From: Patescibacteria group bacterium
GTDB lineage: Bacteria > Patescibacteriota > Minisyncoccia > Phycocordibacterales > PALSA-1337
DNA: 64,000 bases
Direction of reading: 5' to 3'
NCBI GenBank assembly: GCA_040388415.1
Contig: JAZKBV010000005.1
Span: forward strand, 3,364 to 67,363
Below, in pieces: positions 46,253-56,216 of the stretch. The position numbers and the translations under genes were made by a program. Numbering within the stretch: the stretch's first letter is position 1; every line of letters starts with the position of its first letter. The notes under the pieces are model-generated. The model saw only the letters and a list, made by a program, of their open reading frames with translations, made no database searches and was not told where the DNA came from.

Positions 46253-46690
46253 ATGTCTACAGCCGTAAAATCAAAACCTGCATCTCGTACCGCTGACATC
46301 GCTTCGTTGTTAGTGTCGTTGACGCGCTCAATGTACAAGACGATGCGCTCTGTCGCGCCCGCATGCTCGTTCCTCGAAATGAAGACGCTCACTATCGCCT
46401 ATGAGCACAAAAACCCCGCCATGAAATACATTGCAGACGAGCTCGGCATATCCTCCCCTGCAGTGACCGCTATCATTGATCGCCTTGTCGAAAACAAAGA
46501 CGTTATTCGCTATGAAGATGAGGCTGATAGACGTGTTACTCGTATTTCGCTCACCACTCAAGGTAAAAAGACATTTGAAAAGAATCGATCTGCTATATAT
46601 GAAGCATTCAATGAGCGCGCGTCTGCCCTCTCAGACGAGGAGCAGACAGAGTTGGCGCGCATACTGACCAAATTACAATATAACCAATAA
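46253..46690 (+). CDS. MarR-family transcriptional regulator
   Basis: The winged HTH reads YIADELGISSPAVTAIIDRLVENKDVIRYEDEADRRVTRISLTTQGKK. Confidence 0.8.
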   Translation: MSTAVKSKPASRTADIASLLVSLTRSMYKTMRSVAPACSFLEMKTLTIAYEHKNPAMKYIADELGISSPAVTAIIDRLVENKDVIRYEDEADRRVTRISLTTQGKKTFEKNRSAIYEAFNERASALSDEEQTELARILTKLQYNQ

Positions 46691-46697
46691 TATTTAT

Positions 46698-48233
46698 ATG
46701 AAAACCAAAGAACAAACATTAAAATTATGGATCGGCATCAGTATCGGAGCGGCAGCTGTTGCAGTTGCAGTCACTACATACGTACTTTCTCGCCACACTC
46801 CTGCATATAGCACCGAATCTGTTACGCGCCGTAACATTACAGAGATCGTGCGCGCGAGTGGATCAGTCGTTGCTGAGCAAGAGTCAACTCTTTCATTTAG
46901 CACACAAGGTAAGATACAAGAGGTGCTCGTTCATTCTGGCGACATAGTGCATAAAGGCGACACTTTGGCTCGTCTCGACAATGGCACTATTCAGGCTCAG
47001 TTGAATGGCGCTATCGCTGATCTTTCAGCTAGCGAGTCACAACTCAATAAGCTTGAGCGTGGCGCACGACCTGAAGAGCTTGCACTCTATGATCAAAAAT
47101 ATACTGATGCATCATCGGCGCTTTCTGTAGCAATGAACAACGCGTACTTGCAGACAATGGATGCAGTTACCAACAAGTCAGATGTTCTTTTCACCAATGG
47201 TAACAGCGTTAACCCGACCATTACGGTGCGCACTGACAGTCCTACATTGCAGTCTGACATCAACATGGAGCGTGCAAATCTCAAATTTAAACTCGAGTCA
47301 TGGAAAAGTACCCTTTCAAGTATGATGTCGGCGACAAGCTCGATAATGAATGCACGCTCAGTTACACGCACCACGGTATATTCTGCACAAACATTCCTTA
47401 CTCATTTGAGCACTATCACCAGCGCTCTTTCAACAGGCAACTCGGGCCTTTCTCAAGCTACTATTACTGGCTATATGGCTTCAGTGAACGGAGCACAGCA
47501 AGAAGTCACTTCTGCTGCGAACACCTTTACAGCTGCTGATGCCACATGGAGCAGTGCTGAAGATAGTCTCACGCTCGAAAATGCTGGTACACGCAACGAG
47601 GATGTAGAATCTCAGTCTGCACTGTTCGCTAAGGCGCAGGCGCAAGTAGACGCATACCGTAGCGCCCTTTCGCAAACATATATCCGTGCACCATTTGATG
47701 GCACTATCACTGACGTCAACATGAAGGTAGGTGAGGTTGTCGTTCCGGGCATATCTGCAGGTGAAAATATCGGCATTATCAATACAGGTTTATTTAATAT
47801 CGAAGTCTATGTACCACAAAACACGATCGGTTCGATGAATGTCGGCAATCCAGCAACTGTAAGTTTCGATGCATATGGCTCTAGTGCTTTGTTTCCTGCT
47901 TCGGTATATCTTGTAAGCCCTGCTGAAACGATCAAAAATGGCGTCAGCTCATACAAAGTCACCTTACGTTTCGACCAGTCAGATGCGCGCATCCGCTCTG
48001 GTTTGACTGCAAATACTGTCATCACAACGGCAACAGCGACAGATGCACTCGCGGCACCTACACGCGCCATCATTACAAAAGGCGACCAAAAATATGTTTT
48101 ACTGAAAAATGCCTCAGGTGTATTCCTCCAGCAACCTGTCTCTACAGGCATCAATGGGTCAGATGGATATACCGAGATCATAAGCGGTCTCAAAGAAGGT
48201 GACACAATTGCAAGTTTCGGCGCACAAAATTAA
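46698..48233 (+). CDS. HlyD/EmrA-family periplasmic adaptor (membrane fusion protein) with a long coiled-coil hairpin
   Basis: An N-terminal TM helix is followed by the lipoyl-like half GKIQEVLVHSGDIVHKGDTLARLD, about 250 aa of coiled coil and the beta-barrel FDGTITDVNMKVGEVV. Confidence 0.75.
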   Translation: MKTKEQTLKLWIGISIGAAAVAVAVTTYVLSRHTPAYSTESVTRRNITEIVRASGSVVAEQESTLSFSTQGKIQEVLVHSGDIVHKGDTLARLDNGTIQAQLNGAIADLSASESQLNKLERGARPEELALYDQKYTDASSALSVAMNNAYLQTMDAVTNKSDVLFTNGNSVNPTITVRTDSPTLQSDINMERANLKFKLESWKSTLSSMMSATSSIMNARSVTRTTVYSAQTFLTHLSTITSALSTGNSGLSQATITGYMASVNGAQQEVTSAANTFTAADATWSSAEDSLTLENAGTRNEDVESQSALFAKAQAQVDAYRSALSQTYIRAPFDGTITDVNMKVGEVVVPGISAGENIGIINTGLFNIEVYVPQNTIGSMNVGNPATVSFDAYGSSALFPASVYLVSPAETIKNGVSSYKVTLRFDQSDARIRSGLTANTVITTATATDALAAPTRAIITKGDQKYVLLKNASGVFLQQPVSTGINGSDGYTEIISGLKEGDTIASFGAQN

Positions 48234-48250
48234 TCATTCAAGATAAACAT

Positions 48251-48874
48251 ATGAAAAAACTAACTAGTAACATTTGGGTGATGGCAGGACTACTTGCGGT
48301 AGTCATAGTCGGCGGTACGGGTGGTGCGGCATACCTCATAACCTCTATGGGGCGCGTATACACTGACAAAGCTATTGTTTCCGCTTCAATAACTACCATC
48401 TCTCCTTCGACAGCTGGCGTCCTTCAAGAAATCTATGTCAATGCAGGTGACGTTGTTGGGGCAGATACAGTGGTTGCGCGCGTCGGCAATGAGCTTCTCA
48501 AGACGACAGCGAATAGCATCATTACTGATGTGAATACTGCGATTGGTACCACTATTGCGCCCGGTACGGCGGTGGTAAAGGTTGTAGATCCAAATGATCT
48601 TCATGTTGTCGCGCATATTGATGAAAATAAGGGCTTAAGCAGCATCAAAATCGGCGATCAAGCTATTTTTACCCTTGACGCTTTCGGCTCACGCACCTTT
48701 CAAGGAATAGTGGACGAGATCAGTTCCACTGCACGCCAAGAAGATGTCGTATTCAATATTTCAGATAAACGCCAGATCAATCAGTTCGACGTCAAAATTA
48801 GATTTGATGTGACCTTATACCCACAGATAAAAAATGGTATGTCAGCTAAAGTCTGGATATATAACAGCAAATAA
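48251..48874 (+). CDS. Second, short HlyD-family adaptor protein
   Basis: An N-terminal TM helix is followed by the lipoyl-like motifs GVLQEIYVNAGDVVGADTVVARV and GTAVVKVVDPNDL. Confidence 0.55.
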   Translation: MKKLTSNIWVMAGLLAVVIVGGTGGAAYLITSMGRVYTDKAIVSASITTISPSTAGVLQEIYVNAGDVVGADTVVARVGNELLKTTANSIITDVNTAIGTTIAPGTAVVKVVDPNDLHVVAHIDENKGLSSIKIGDQAIFTLDAFGSRTFQGIVDEISSTARQEDVVFNISDKRQINQFDVKIRFDVTLYPQIKNGMSAKVWIYNSK

Positions 48875-48876
48875 AC

Positions 48877-50367
48877 ATGAAGCATTCCAATGTACAGTGG
48901 CTTGTCTTGGCCACAGTCATAGTAGGTACATTCCTAGGTACAGTTGACCGTACCATCGTCAATTTAGCGCTCCCCAATATGGCAGCCGACTTCGGTATCA
49001 GCACGACTCTCGCTGCGTGGATAGCTACGGCATATATGATCGCCAACGCAGTCTTTGTACCAGTCTGGGGAAAGCTGGGCGATACAATCGGTCGTAAAAA
49101 AGTCTATATTGCCGGCTTCTTGATCTTTATCCTCGGGTCAGTACTTGCCGGTCTCGCATGGAACTTTTCATCAATGATCGTATTTCGTATTATCCAAGCG
49201 ATCGCGAGCTCAGCGGATATACCGACAGCCATGGCCATCCTTGCTGTCACATTCACTGATCATAAGCAGCGTGCTCAAGCTCTAGGCATCTGGTCGTCTG
49301 CATTTGCTTCAGCAGCAGTGCTCGGACCACTCATCGGTGGACCACTCATCGATGCTTTTGGGTGGAGATCAGTATTCCTAATAAATCTTCCTGTGGGCCT
49401 CATCGGCCTCGCTATGGCACTCGCATTTGTCACCGAATCAGTATCTGCAAAGAAAACAAGCAACTTCGACTGGTGGGGCGCGCTAACTCTCGGCACTTCT
49501 CTTGCGACGTTTGTTCTGCTTCTGGAAAAAGGCCAGGATTGGGGCTGGACATCGGGTGGTAGCATACTGCTCTTGGCGATCACTCTCATCTCCGCGTTTA
49601 TTTTTTACGGACTGGAAAAAATGCACCCCGAACCGATGATCGACTTTAAATTCTTTAAAAATGCCAACTTCAATAATGCCCTTTTTAATAATTGTGCCGT
49701 ATTCTTGGCGATGATGGGTAGCGTATTTCTCATACCGATATTTGCCCAAACATTCCTCGGCATGGATGCGACACATTCAGGCTATCTCTTCATTCCGCTT
49801 GCTATAGGTTTTATGTTCGCTTCGCCAATCGGCGGTCGTATGATCGGCAAAGTAAAGCCAGGGTATGTCATTGGGCTCAGTAGCTTCATTGCGAGCATTG
49901 GATTTTTCTTGTTCTGGGTTCTGCTCGATCCTCGCTCTGGCGTTTTGGACATTATTATCCCTCTTGGCATCATGTCTTTTGGCATGGGTCTCGGCATGGC
50001 ACAACGAACGAGCATCATCACTAACTCAGTACCAAATGAAGAAGTCGGCGTCGCATCGGGCATCCTCACCCTTGGCCGAAACATATCTGGCGCGATTGGA
50101 ATCGCCGTGTTCAGCAGCCTTCTTACGACGATTGTTAACAGTAAGATAGTTTCAATAGCTACAAATAGCACGATAAATGCATTTTCTTCTGTTGACATAA
50201 AAACCGGCATTGCTCTTATGGAGCTCAAAGCGCAAGTGTCAGCTTACGGCTCCATATACCTTATCTGTAGCTGCCTCATTTTCATTTCTGGCTTTATTGC
50301 GCTCTTTATAAAGTTCAACCTTGCCGATAGCAAGCACTCGAAGGAACAGGTTGTTGTCATTGATTAA
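48877..50367 (+). CDS. MFS drug:H+ antiporter, DHA2/EmrB-like, 14 TM helices
   Basis: The motifs are TVDRTIVNLALPNMAADFGIS and GKLGDTIGRKKV. The 496-aa size fits. It is operon-linked to the MarR and HlyD genes. Confidence 0.85.
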   Translation: MKHSNVQWLVLATVIVGTFLGTVDRTIVNLALPNMAADFGISTTLAAWIATAYMIANAVFVPVWGKLGDTIGRKKVYIAGFLIFILGSVLAGLAWNFSSMIVFRIIQAIASSADIPTAMAILAVTFTDHKQRAQALGIWSSAFASAAVLGPLIGGPLIDAFGWRSVFLINLPVGLIGLAMALAFVTESVSAKKTSNFDWWGALTLGTSLATFVLLLEKGQDWGWTSGGSILLLAITLISAFIFYGLEKMHPEPMIDFKFFKNANFNNALFNNCAVFLAMMGSVFLIPIFAQTFLGMDATHSGYLFIPLAIGFMFASPIGGRMIGKVKPGYVIGLSSFIASIGFFLFWVLLDPRSGVLDIIIPLGIMSFGMGLGMAQRTSIITNSVPNEEVGVASGILTLGRNISGAIGIAVFSSLLTTIVNSKIVSIATNSTINAFSSVDIKTGIALMELKAQVSAYGSIYLICSCLIFISGFIALFIKFNLADSKHSKEQVVVID

Positions 50368-50373
50368 GCATAA

Positions 50374-50403
50374 TAAAAAACACCATTAGAAGGTGTTTTT
50401 TAT
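50374..50403. terminator. Bidirectional rho-independent terminator
   Basis: The hairpin aaaaaacaccattagaaggtgttttttatt lies between convergent genes. Confidence 0.65.
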
Positions 50404-50427
50404 TATGCTATCAGCTAAGTTTACTCA

Positions 50428-50760
50428 CTACTTGCCATTGAGCTGGTTCACTACCGCTTGCTTTTGTTCATCAGAGACTGATGTCTTTGAAGCAGAGAGT
50501 TGAGAAGCGACACTGTCGATCTCCTGCTGAGTAACCTGTACTGGTGCTGTGCGTAAGATAGCGGCCACTTGAGCACGCAAATCTGTCTGGTTGGGGGTAC
50601 TTGGAACAATAGTCTCACTAGTCGTAGTCCACCAATACAATATGCCGACGATGAGAGCAATAGCTACTGCAATGATCGATAGGTTGAGGAAGCGACTATG
50701 CTCCTCTGCAGTCATTGGTGCTTGAGGTATTGGGTTTTGGTTGAGAGAATAGGTATTCAT
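50428..50760 (-). CDS. Hypothetical membrane-anchored protein
   Basis: A 110-aa ORF with one TM helix, IIAVAIALIVGILYWW. Confidence 0.4.
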   Translation of the reverse strand: MNTYSLNQNPIPQAPMTAEEHSRFLNLSIIAVAIALIVGILYWWTTTSETIVPSTPNQTDLRAQVAAILRTAPVQVTQQEIDSVASQLSASKTSVSDEQKQAVVNQLNGK

Positions 50761-50797
50761 ATGTACATATTATACCATATTGCGTATATGTGAATGG

Positions 50798-51652
50798 CTA
50801 TTTGGGGATAACTGACGAGATTGCAGTACGAATATCTTTTTGAGCGAGTTGGAGAGCCTTCTGTGCAGCGACTACTTGAGCACGAGCTGTTTCGAGAGCT
50901 GTTTTGTTTGCTGCTGCAATGGTCGTGTCACCGTTGTCTGGCTTTAAGCCGGTAACCGAGGAGATGGCAGCTTTTGCTTGTGTGCTTGCTAAGCCGATCT
51001 GCGATGTAAAATCGGTGAGAACAGCGGTGACATCAGTCGATGATGCTTGCGAGCTTGAAGCAAGACGAGCGTCAATCTTGCCTTTGATGATCGTGAGTTG
51101 ATCTACGATACCAAGTACGCGATCCGCTGCAGCAATAATCTGTGCTTGAGGTTCAACAAGCGCGTAGATTCGATACGATTTCGTGATCGAGTTTACATCA
51201 GACTTAATGCTGATTGTTGAGGTGCCCGTGGAAATTTTTGCTTTGAGCTCATTCAGAGCAACGATCTCGGCCTGGATAGATGCACTGAGCGCTGTTCTAT
51301 CAACGTCAGATATATGCTTCATTACCTGTATACGGCCCAAGAGCTTATTGAGGCTATCTATGCGTTGATTGATCATATTGCCGCCACGTTCGATACCCTT
51401 TTCCGTACGAGCTTCGGTGGTGCTTGCACGACGATCATCGCGCAACTCAGCACGAGTAGTGCTACCCATCATGCCAATGTTAGGACGTGTAGATGTTCCT
51501 ATCATCTTATATTCTTTGCGAATTGATGTACGCATCATTTGACGTGATGCCTGTCCGTCTCCAGGAGTCTGTGCGAATACAGAGGCGCTAAGAGCAAGCG
51601 ATGCGACTGTTACAGCGATAGCCGTTCCTTTTATAAAGATTGTTTTTTTCAT
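50798..51652 (-). CDS. Secreted alpha-helical protein, possibly of the DUF5667-like family
   Basis: Signal peptide is MKKTIFIKGTAIAVTVASLALSASVFA. A helical repeat region follows. Its C-terminal half resembles 55429..56142. Confidence 0.45.
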   Translation of the reverse strand: MKKTIFIKGTAIAVTVASLALSASVFAQTPGDGQASRQMMRTSIRKEYKMIGTSTRPNIGMMGSTTRAELRDDRRASTTEARTEKGIERGGNMINQRIDSLNKLLGRIQVMKHISDVDRTALSASIQAEIVALNELKAKISTGTSTISIKSDVNSITKSYRIYALVEPQAQIIAAADRVLGIVDQLTIIKGKIDARLASSSQASSTDVTAVLTDFTSQIGLASTQAKAAISSVTGLKPDNGDTTIAAANKTALETARAQVVAAQKALQLAQKDIRTAISSVIPK

Positions 51653-51669
51653 ATGTTTAAAATAAATAA

Positions 51670-51939
51670 TTACTGAGTTGAGATGTTCGACGTGTCGTTG
51701 TCAAGACCGTTCATTTGAGCATCAACTGAGCTCATATCGCTCTTGAGCGCAGCGTCTGAAGTATCAGATGGAGATGTGGTCAAACTTGCGTCAGCTGCAA
51801 CATAATCTTCTGTCACAGGTGCAGGGCTATTTGTGACTGGCGCCGGAGCGCTATTCGACATGCCGTACCAGACCCAACCGATAATGACTATCACAATCAA
51901 TACGATGAGCAACACGATTGTTCTTATTTCTTTGGTCAT
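51670..51939 (-). CDS. Small membrane-anchored protein
   Basis: An 89-aa ORF with one TM helix. Confidence 0.4.
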   Translation of the reverse strand: MTKEIRTIVLLIVLIVIVIIGWVWYGMSNSAPAPVTNSPAPVTEDYVAADASLTTSPSDTSDAALKSDMSSVDAQMNGLDNDTSNISTQ

Positions 51940-52042
51940 AGATAAATTGCTATAAAAATAAATTACTATAGTAAGCGAACGTTGTTACATTCTATCACTA
52001 CTACGAATAGAACCTAAATTCTGGTGCTTCAAGTGATGTGCT

Positions 52043-53848
52043 TTAGGCATGTAAGCCAATCTGCAACTCATACAATCTCCTGTATTCCCCACCTTCGATC
52101 TTGAGCAATTCATCATGCTTTCCAGACTCAGTTATCTTTCCCTCTTTAAAGACAAGAATATTATCAGCTTTTCTGACCGTGCTGAGGCGATGCGCAATGA
52201 TAAATGTCGTCTTGCCCGTCATAAGCTTGTCGAGCGACTCGGTGATGATCTTTTCTGTACCCGCATCGAGAGCAGAAGTCGGTTCATCAAGAACAAGTAT
52301 CTTTGGGTTACGGAGAATGGCACGTGCAATAGCGATACGCTGCTTCTGTCCGACGGAGAGCTTGATACCACGTTCACCGACAAGCTGTTTCCATTGCTCA
52401 GGGAATTTTTCAATGAAGTCGAGAGCGTGAGCTTTTCGAGATGCCTCTTTGATCTCTTCATGAGTTGCTTCAAAATTACCGTATTTAATATTTGTCTCAA
52501 TTGTGTCGTTGAAGAGAACCACTTCTTGTGGAACAACTGCGATAGCTTGGCGGAGTTTTCTCAAATTAAGGGTCTTCACATCATGTCCATCAATGAATAC
52601 GTCACCGCTATTTGCAAAGTGGTATGCGGAGATGAGGTCAATAAGCGTGCTTTTACCGACTCCAGATTCGCCGACAAGCGCAATGATGTCACCTGCTTTA
52701 ATAGAGAATGAAATATCGTTGAGAACAGATTTGCCTTCATCGTACTGGAATGAGACGTTTTTGAAATCTATATCACCGCGGAAGTCTATGGTTGGAGCAC
52801 CGGTAGGTTCGTAGACTTCCGGTAGTAAAGAAAGAATTTTTTCTGTTTCTTGAATCTGTACAATACCATTTTGAATTGTCTGCCAATTACGTGCAATGGT
52901 AACAAATGGACCGAAAACCATTGCCGCATAGCCATTGAACGCAAGAAGCTCACCGAGCGTCATTGTTCCATTGTGGATATAAAATACAGATAAAATAAAA
53001 ATAACTATCTGCGTAAGTAAAATAGTTAAACGCTGATACAGGCTCAGATTGCCCCAAACAACAGTCTGCTTCATCCACATTGGAACAGCAGCCATCAAAT
53101 TCTTTGATATTCTTTTTTGTTCGTACTCTTCTGATGTTGCTTGTTTTATCGCTATAGAATTAACAATTGCATCATAGGAGTCACCCCATGCTTTCGATAT
53201 ATGCTTGTGGTAAACCTTTTGAAGACCAGCAAGCGGTTGTACTTTTCGTATAAGAATAATCACATAAATAAATAGACCAAGCAAAAGCACAACTGCAAGC
53301 ACAGGTTTAACCACGAAAACAATCACAAATGCGAGCATGATGCTCAATATTTGTGGTGCAAGGTCGATGACAACATTACTTACAATCGTTTCAAGTGCAT
53401 TAGCGGCACGATTTATGTCATTGCCGATTTGACCAACTTTATTTTTCTTATGAAAAGAAACGGGTAAATTCAGGAGATATCCGAATCCTCGAGCGATGTA
53501 ATCGAGCCACATAGTATTTGAGATATACTGACTCAATATATTTATACGCCAATCCATCACGTACGTGACTGACTGAACTATACACCACAAAACAAGCAAA
53601 CCAATATACAAAGGCATGTAAAGACCGAGGACATGAATCGAACTATCGTTGATAATTGAATCGAAGAATCGTCCGGAAATATAAGGCATAAAAGCGTTAC
53701 CGATCGCAGAGAGAACGCCGATCACGCTCAAAACAACAATAGTTCTCTGATATTGTTTGATATACCTTAAAAGGACATGAAAGCCCACGAGTACGCCTTC
53801 TTTTGTCACTTTTTTATCATCTTCAATTATTTCTTCATCATTATCCAT
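52043..53848 (-). CDS. ABC exporter with fused permease and ATPase (type I)
   Basis: Six TM helices are followed by the Walker A motif GESGVGKST, the signature LSVGQKQRIAIARA and Walker B ILVLDEPTSALD. Confidence 0.85.
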   Translation of the reverse strand: MDNDEEIIEDDKKVTKEGVLVGFHVLLRYIKQYQRTIVVLSVIGVLSAIGNAFMPYISGRFFDSIINDSSIHVLGLYMPLYIGLLVLWCIVQSVTYVMDWRINILSQYISNTMWLDYIARGFGYLLNLPVSFHKKNKVGQIGNDINRAANALETIVSNVVIDLAPQILSIMLAFVIVFVVKPVLAVVLLLGLFIYVIILIRKVQPLAGLQKVYHKHISKAWGDSYDAIVNSIAIKQATSEEYEQKRISKNLMAAVPMWMKQTVVWGNLSLYQRLTILLTQIVIFILSVFYIHNGTMTLGELLAFNGYAAMVFGPFVTIARNWQTIQNGIVQIQETEKILSLLPEVYEPTGAPTIDFRGDIDFKNVSFQYDEGKSVLNDISFSIKAGDIIALVGESGVGKSTLIDLISAYHFANSGDVFIDGHDVKTLNLRKLRQAIAVVPQEVVLFNDTIETNIKYGNFEATHEEIKEASRKAHALDFIEKFPEQWKQLVGERGIKLSVGQKQRIAIARAILRNPKILVLDEPTSALDAGTEKIITESLDKLMTGKTTFIIAHRLSTVRKADNILVFKEGKITESGKHDELLKIEGGEYRRLYELQIGLHA

Positions 53849-53901
53849 AGGAATTACATCTTATCACTAAAAATGGCGCTTATCTATAAAGCGCCATTTT
53901 G

Positions 53902-55314
53902 TTACTTCCCAAACTTGATTCCTAACTCCCTCAACTGTTTTTGTTCAACTTCAGCAGGAGCATCCATCATCAGATCACGTCCTTCACCTGTCTTAGCGAA
54001 AGCGATGATCTCGCGGATATTCGGCTCGTTCTGAAGCAACATCAACAAGCGATCAAAACCAAAAGCGATACCACCATGTGGAGGCGTACCTGAAGCAAGA
54101 GCCTTGAGCATGTGGCCAAAATTATTTTCAATGCGTTCCATAGCATATCCCATCGTCTCAAAGACTTTGATAAGCGCCTTTGGGTCATGGTTACGTATAC
54201 CACCACCACCGATCTCGTATCCATTCAAAACGATGTCATATTGCGCCGCAACTATGCCACCAATATCTTTTCCTGCCATAAGGTCAGGGATGAACTCGGG
54301 TTTTGGTGCTGAAAATGGGTTGTGGGTAAATGTCCAACCATCAGCTATGCCGTTTTTTGCATCTGCCTCAACTTTTTCGAAGAAAGGAAAATCGATAACC
54401 CAGCAAAATGCGAGGAGATTTGGATTCTCTTTATCTTTGCGGAGATCAGGCTTATCATTACCGTATTTTTCCATTGCCTCTTTGTACGAGAGACGAGGGA
54501 ATGGTACTTGCTGGATCTCTTTTTCTGGATACAACTTCTTTACAAGCTCAATGATCATCTTTTCATTGATGGCCATAACATCTTCTTGAACGACAAAACT
54601 CATTTCCAAGTCGATCTGAGTGAACTCTGGCTGACGATCACCACGAGTGTCTTCATCACGGAAACAGCGTGCAATCTGGAAGTAACGCTCGAAGCCAGCT
54701 GACATAAGCAACTGCTTGTACTGCTGAGGCGACTGCGGAAGCGCGTAGAACTTACCTTGATAGAGGCGTGAAGGAATGATGTAGTCACGAGAACCCTCAG
54801 GTGTAGACTTTGTCATGTACGGCGTTTCGACTTCTACGAAATTTTCACCAGTATAAAACTCCCGAATGAACTGAATCGCATTTGAACGATTGCGAATGTT
54901 CTTTTGCATGCGCTCGCGACGGAGGTCGACATAACGATACTTCAGACGAACTTCTTCATTGATCTCTTTACCATCGCTTGAAATATCAAACGGGGGTGTT
55001 TCTGCTTCGTTCAAAATGACAATCTCAAGTATCTCGAGTTCAATAGTTCCATTCTGCTTGTCTTTCTGTGCATTCTTCTCTGGGCGCTGGTTGATCTTGC
55101 CTTTTACTTCAACGACCCACTCAGGACGGAGCTTCGAGCCAACTTCATGAGCCGACTTGGCGTTTGGGAGGATAACACCCTGAACTTTGCCCGTGACATC
55201 ACGAAAATCGAAGAAAATGAGCTTCCCCTGATCGCGACGGATATCCACCCAGCCTTTGATAGTGACTTCTTGTCCGATGTGATTTGCAAGGTCTTTTATG
55301 TATGTTCGAGGCAT
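53902..55314 (-). CDS. aspS: Aspartyl-tRNA synthetase, bacterial-type catalytic core without the GAD insertion domain
   Basis: Motif 2 is FERYFQIARCFRDEDTRGDRQPEFTQIDLEMSF. The sequence YGNDKPDLRKDKENPNLLAFCWVIDFPFFE follows directly, where E. coli AspRS has an insertion of about 130 aa. Motif 3 is GGIAFGFDRLLMLL. The 470-aa size fits. Confidence 0.75.
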   Translation of the reverse strand: MPRTYIKDLANHIGQEVTIKGWVDIRRDQGKLIFFDFRDVTGKVQGVILPNAKSAHEVGSKLRPEWVVEVKGKINQRPEKNAQKDKQNGTIELEILEIVILNEAETPPFDISSDGKEINEEVRLKYRYVDLRRERMQKNIRNRSNAIQFIREFYTGENFVEVETPYMTKSTPEGSRDYIIPSRLYQGKFYALPQSPQQYKQLLMSAGFERYFQIARCFRDEDTRGDRQPEFTQIDLEMSFVVQEDVMAINEKMIIELVKKLYPEKEIQQVPFPRLSYKEAMEKYGNDKPDLRKDKENPNLLAFCWVIDFPFFEKVEADAKNGIADGWTFTHNPFSAPKPEFIPDLMAGKDIGGIVAAQYDIVLNGYEIGGGGIRNHDPKALIKVFETMGYAMERIENNFGHMLKALASGTPPHGGIAFGFDRLLMLLQNEPNIREIIAFAKTGEGRDLMMDAPAEVEQKQLRELGIKFGK

Positions 55315-55428
55315 ATAATATGTAATATTTCAGGCGTATAAACGTCTCTAGAGTATAGATTGAATAACTTGAACAATCAAGTTACAATTTACCACAGTCA
55401 CGTTTGTTACTAATTTAATCATATTTTT

Positions 55429-56142
55429 ATGAAAAATAAACACACAGTACTATTACTTACCGCACTCATCATCGCTGGGGGCTCATCGATTGTTTCCGCA
55501 AAAGGCCTCACCGCTGTACTCGATACAGACACTGATGTATCAAGTGATGTACGCATAACTGGCGCAAGCATCAATACGAGCGCAAATGTAAATGTGAATG
55601 CCGATGTTCGAGCCTCTACCTCAAAATCTAACAACGCAAGCGCTACAGGCACATGGATGCGTGATAACGAAGACAACGATTCAGCTTCAAGCTCTGATAA
55701 CGACAATGATAATGATGGCAACACGTCAGGCGTTGAGCATCGCAGTATCGTAGCGAACTTTGTCCACTCACTCCTCGATGTTGCAAATCGTGAAGGAGGC
55801 ATTGGTGCACAAGTACGCGCTATAGCTATGGCTCAAAATGACGCCGCAACGACAACTGTATCAGCAATGACTCAAGTTGATGCTCGTGGTGGCTTGAAAA
55901 CATTCTTCTTTGGAAGCGATTACAAGAATCTTGGCAAGATCCGCGCTGGGATTGCTACGACTACAAAGTCACTTGAAGAATTGAAAGCGCTCCTTTCAAG
56001 CACAACAAGTGTATCTGACCGTGCTGAACTCAATGCTCAGATAAGTGCCCTCCAGGCAGAACAAGTACGTGTTCAGGCATATATCAAAGCTCATGAGGAT
56101 GTATTCAGTCTCTTCGGCTGGGTCAACAAGATGTTCCAGTAA
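55429..56142 (+). CDS. Secreted Asp/Asn-rich helical protein
   Basis: Signal peptide is present. The C-terminal helical region reads AELNAQISALQAEQVRVQAYIKAHEDV. Confidence 0.45.
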   Translation: MKNKHTVLLLTALIIAGGSSIVSAKGLTAVLDTDTDVSSDVRITGASINTSANVNVNADVRASTSKSNNASATGTWMRDNEDNDSASSSDNDNDNDGNTSGVEHRSIVANFVHSLLDVANREGGIGAQVRAIAMAQNDAATTTVSAMTQVDARGGLKTFFFGSDYKNLGKIRAGIATTTKSLEELKALLSSTTSVSDRAELNAQISALQAEQVRVQAYIKAHEDVFSLFGWVNKMFQ

Positions 56143-56165
56143 TTAAAATTTAAAACCTTACAAAC

Positions 56166-56197
56166 AAAAAACACCTCATTACGGGGTGTTTTTTGTT
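56166..56197. terminator. Bidirectional rho-independent terminator
   Basis: The hairpin aaaacacctcattacggggtgtttttt lies between convergent genes. Confidence 0.6.
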
Positions 56198-56216
56198 TAC
56201 ATTATTGAATTTGGAT

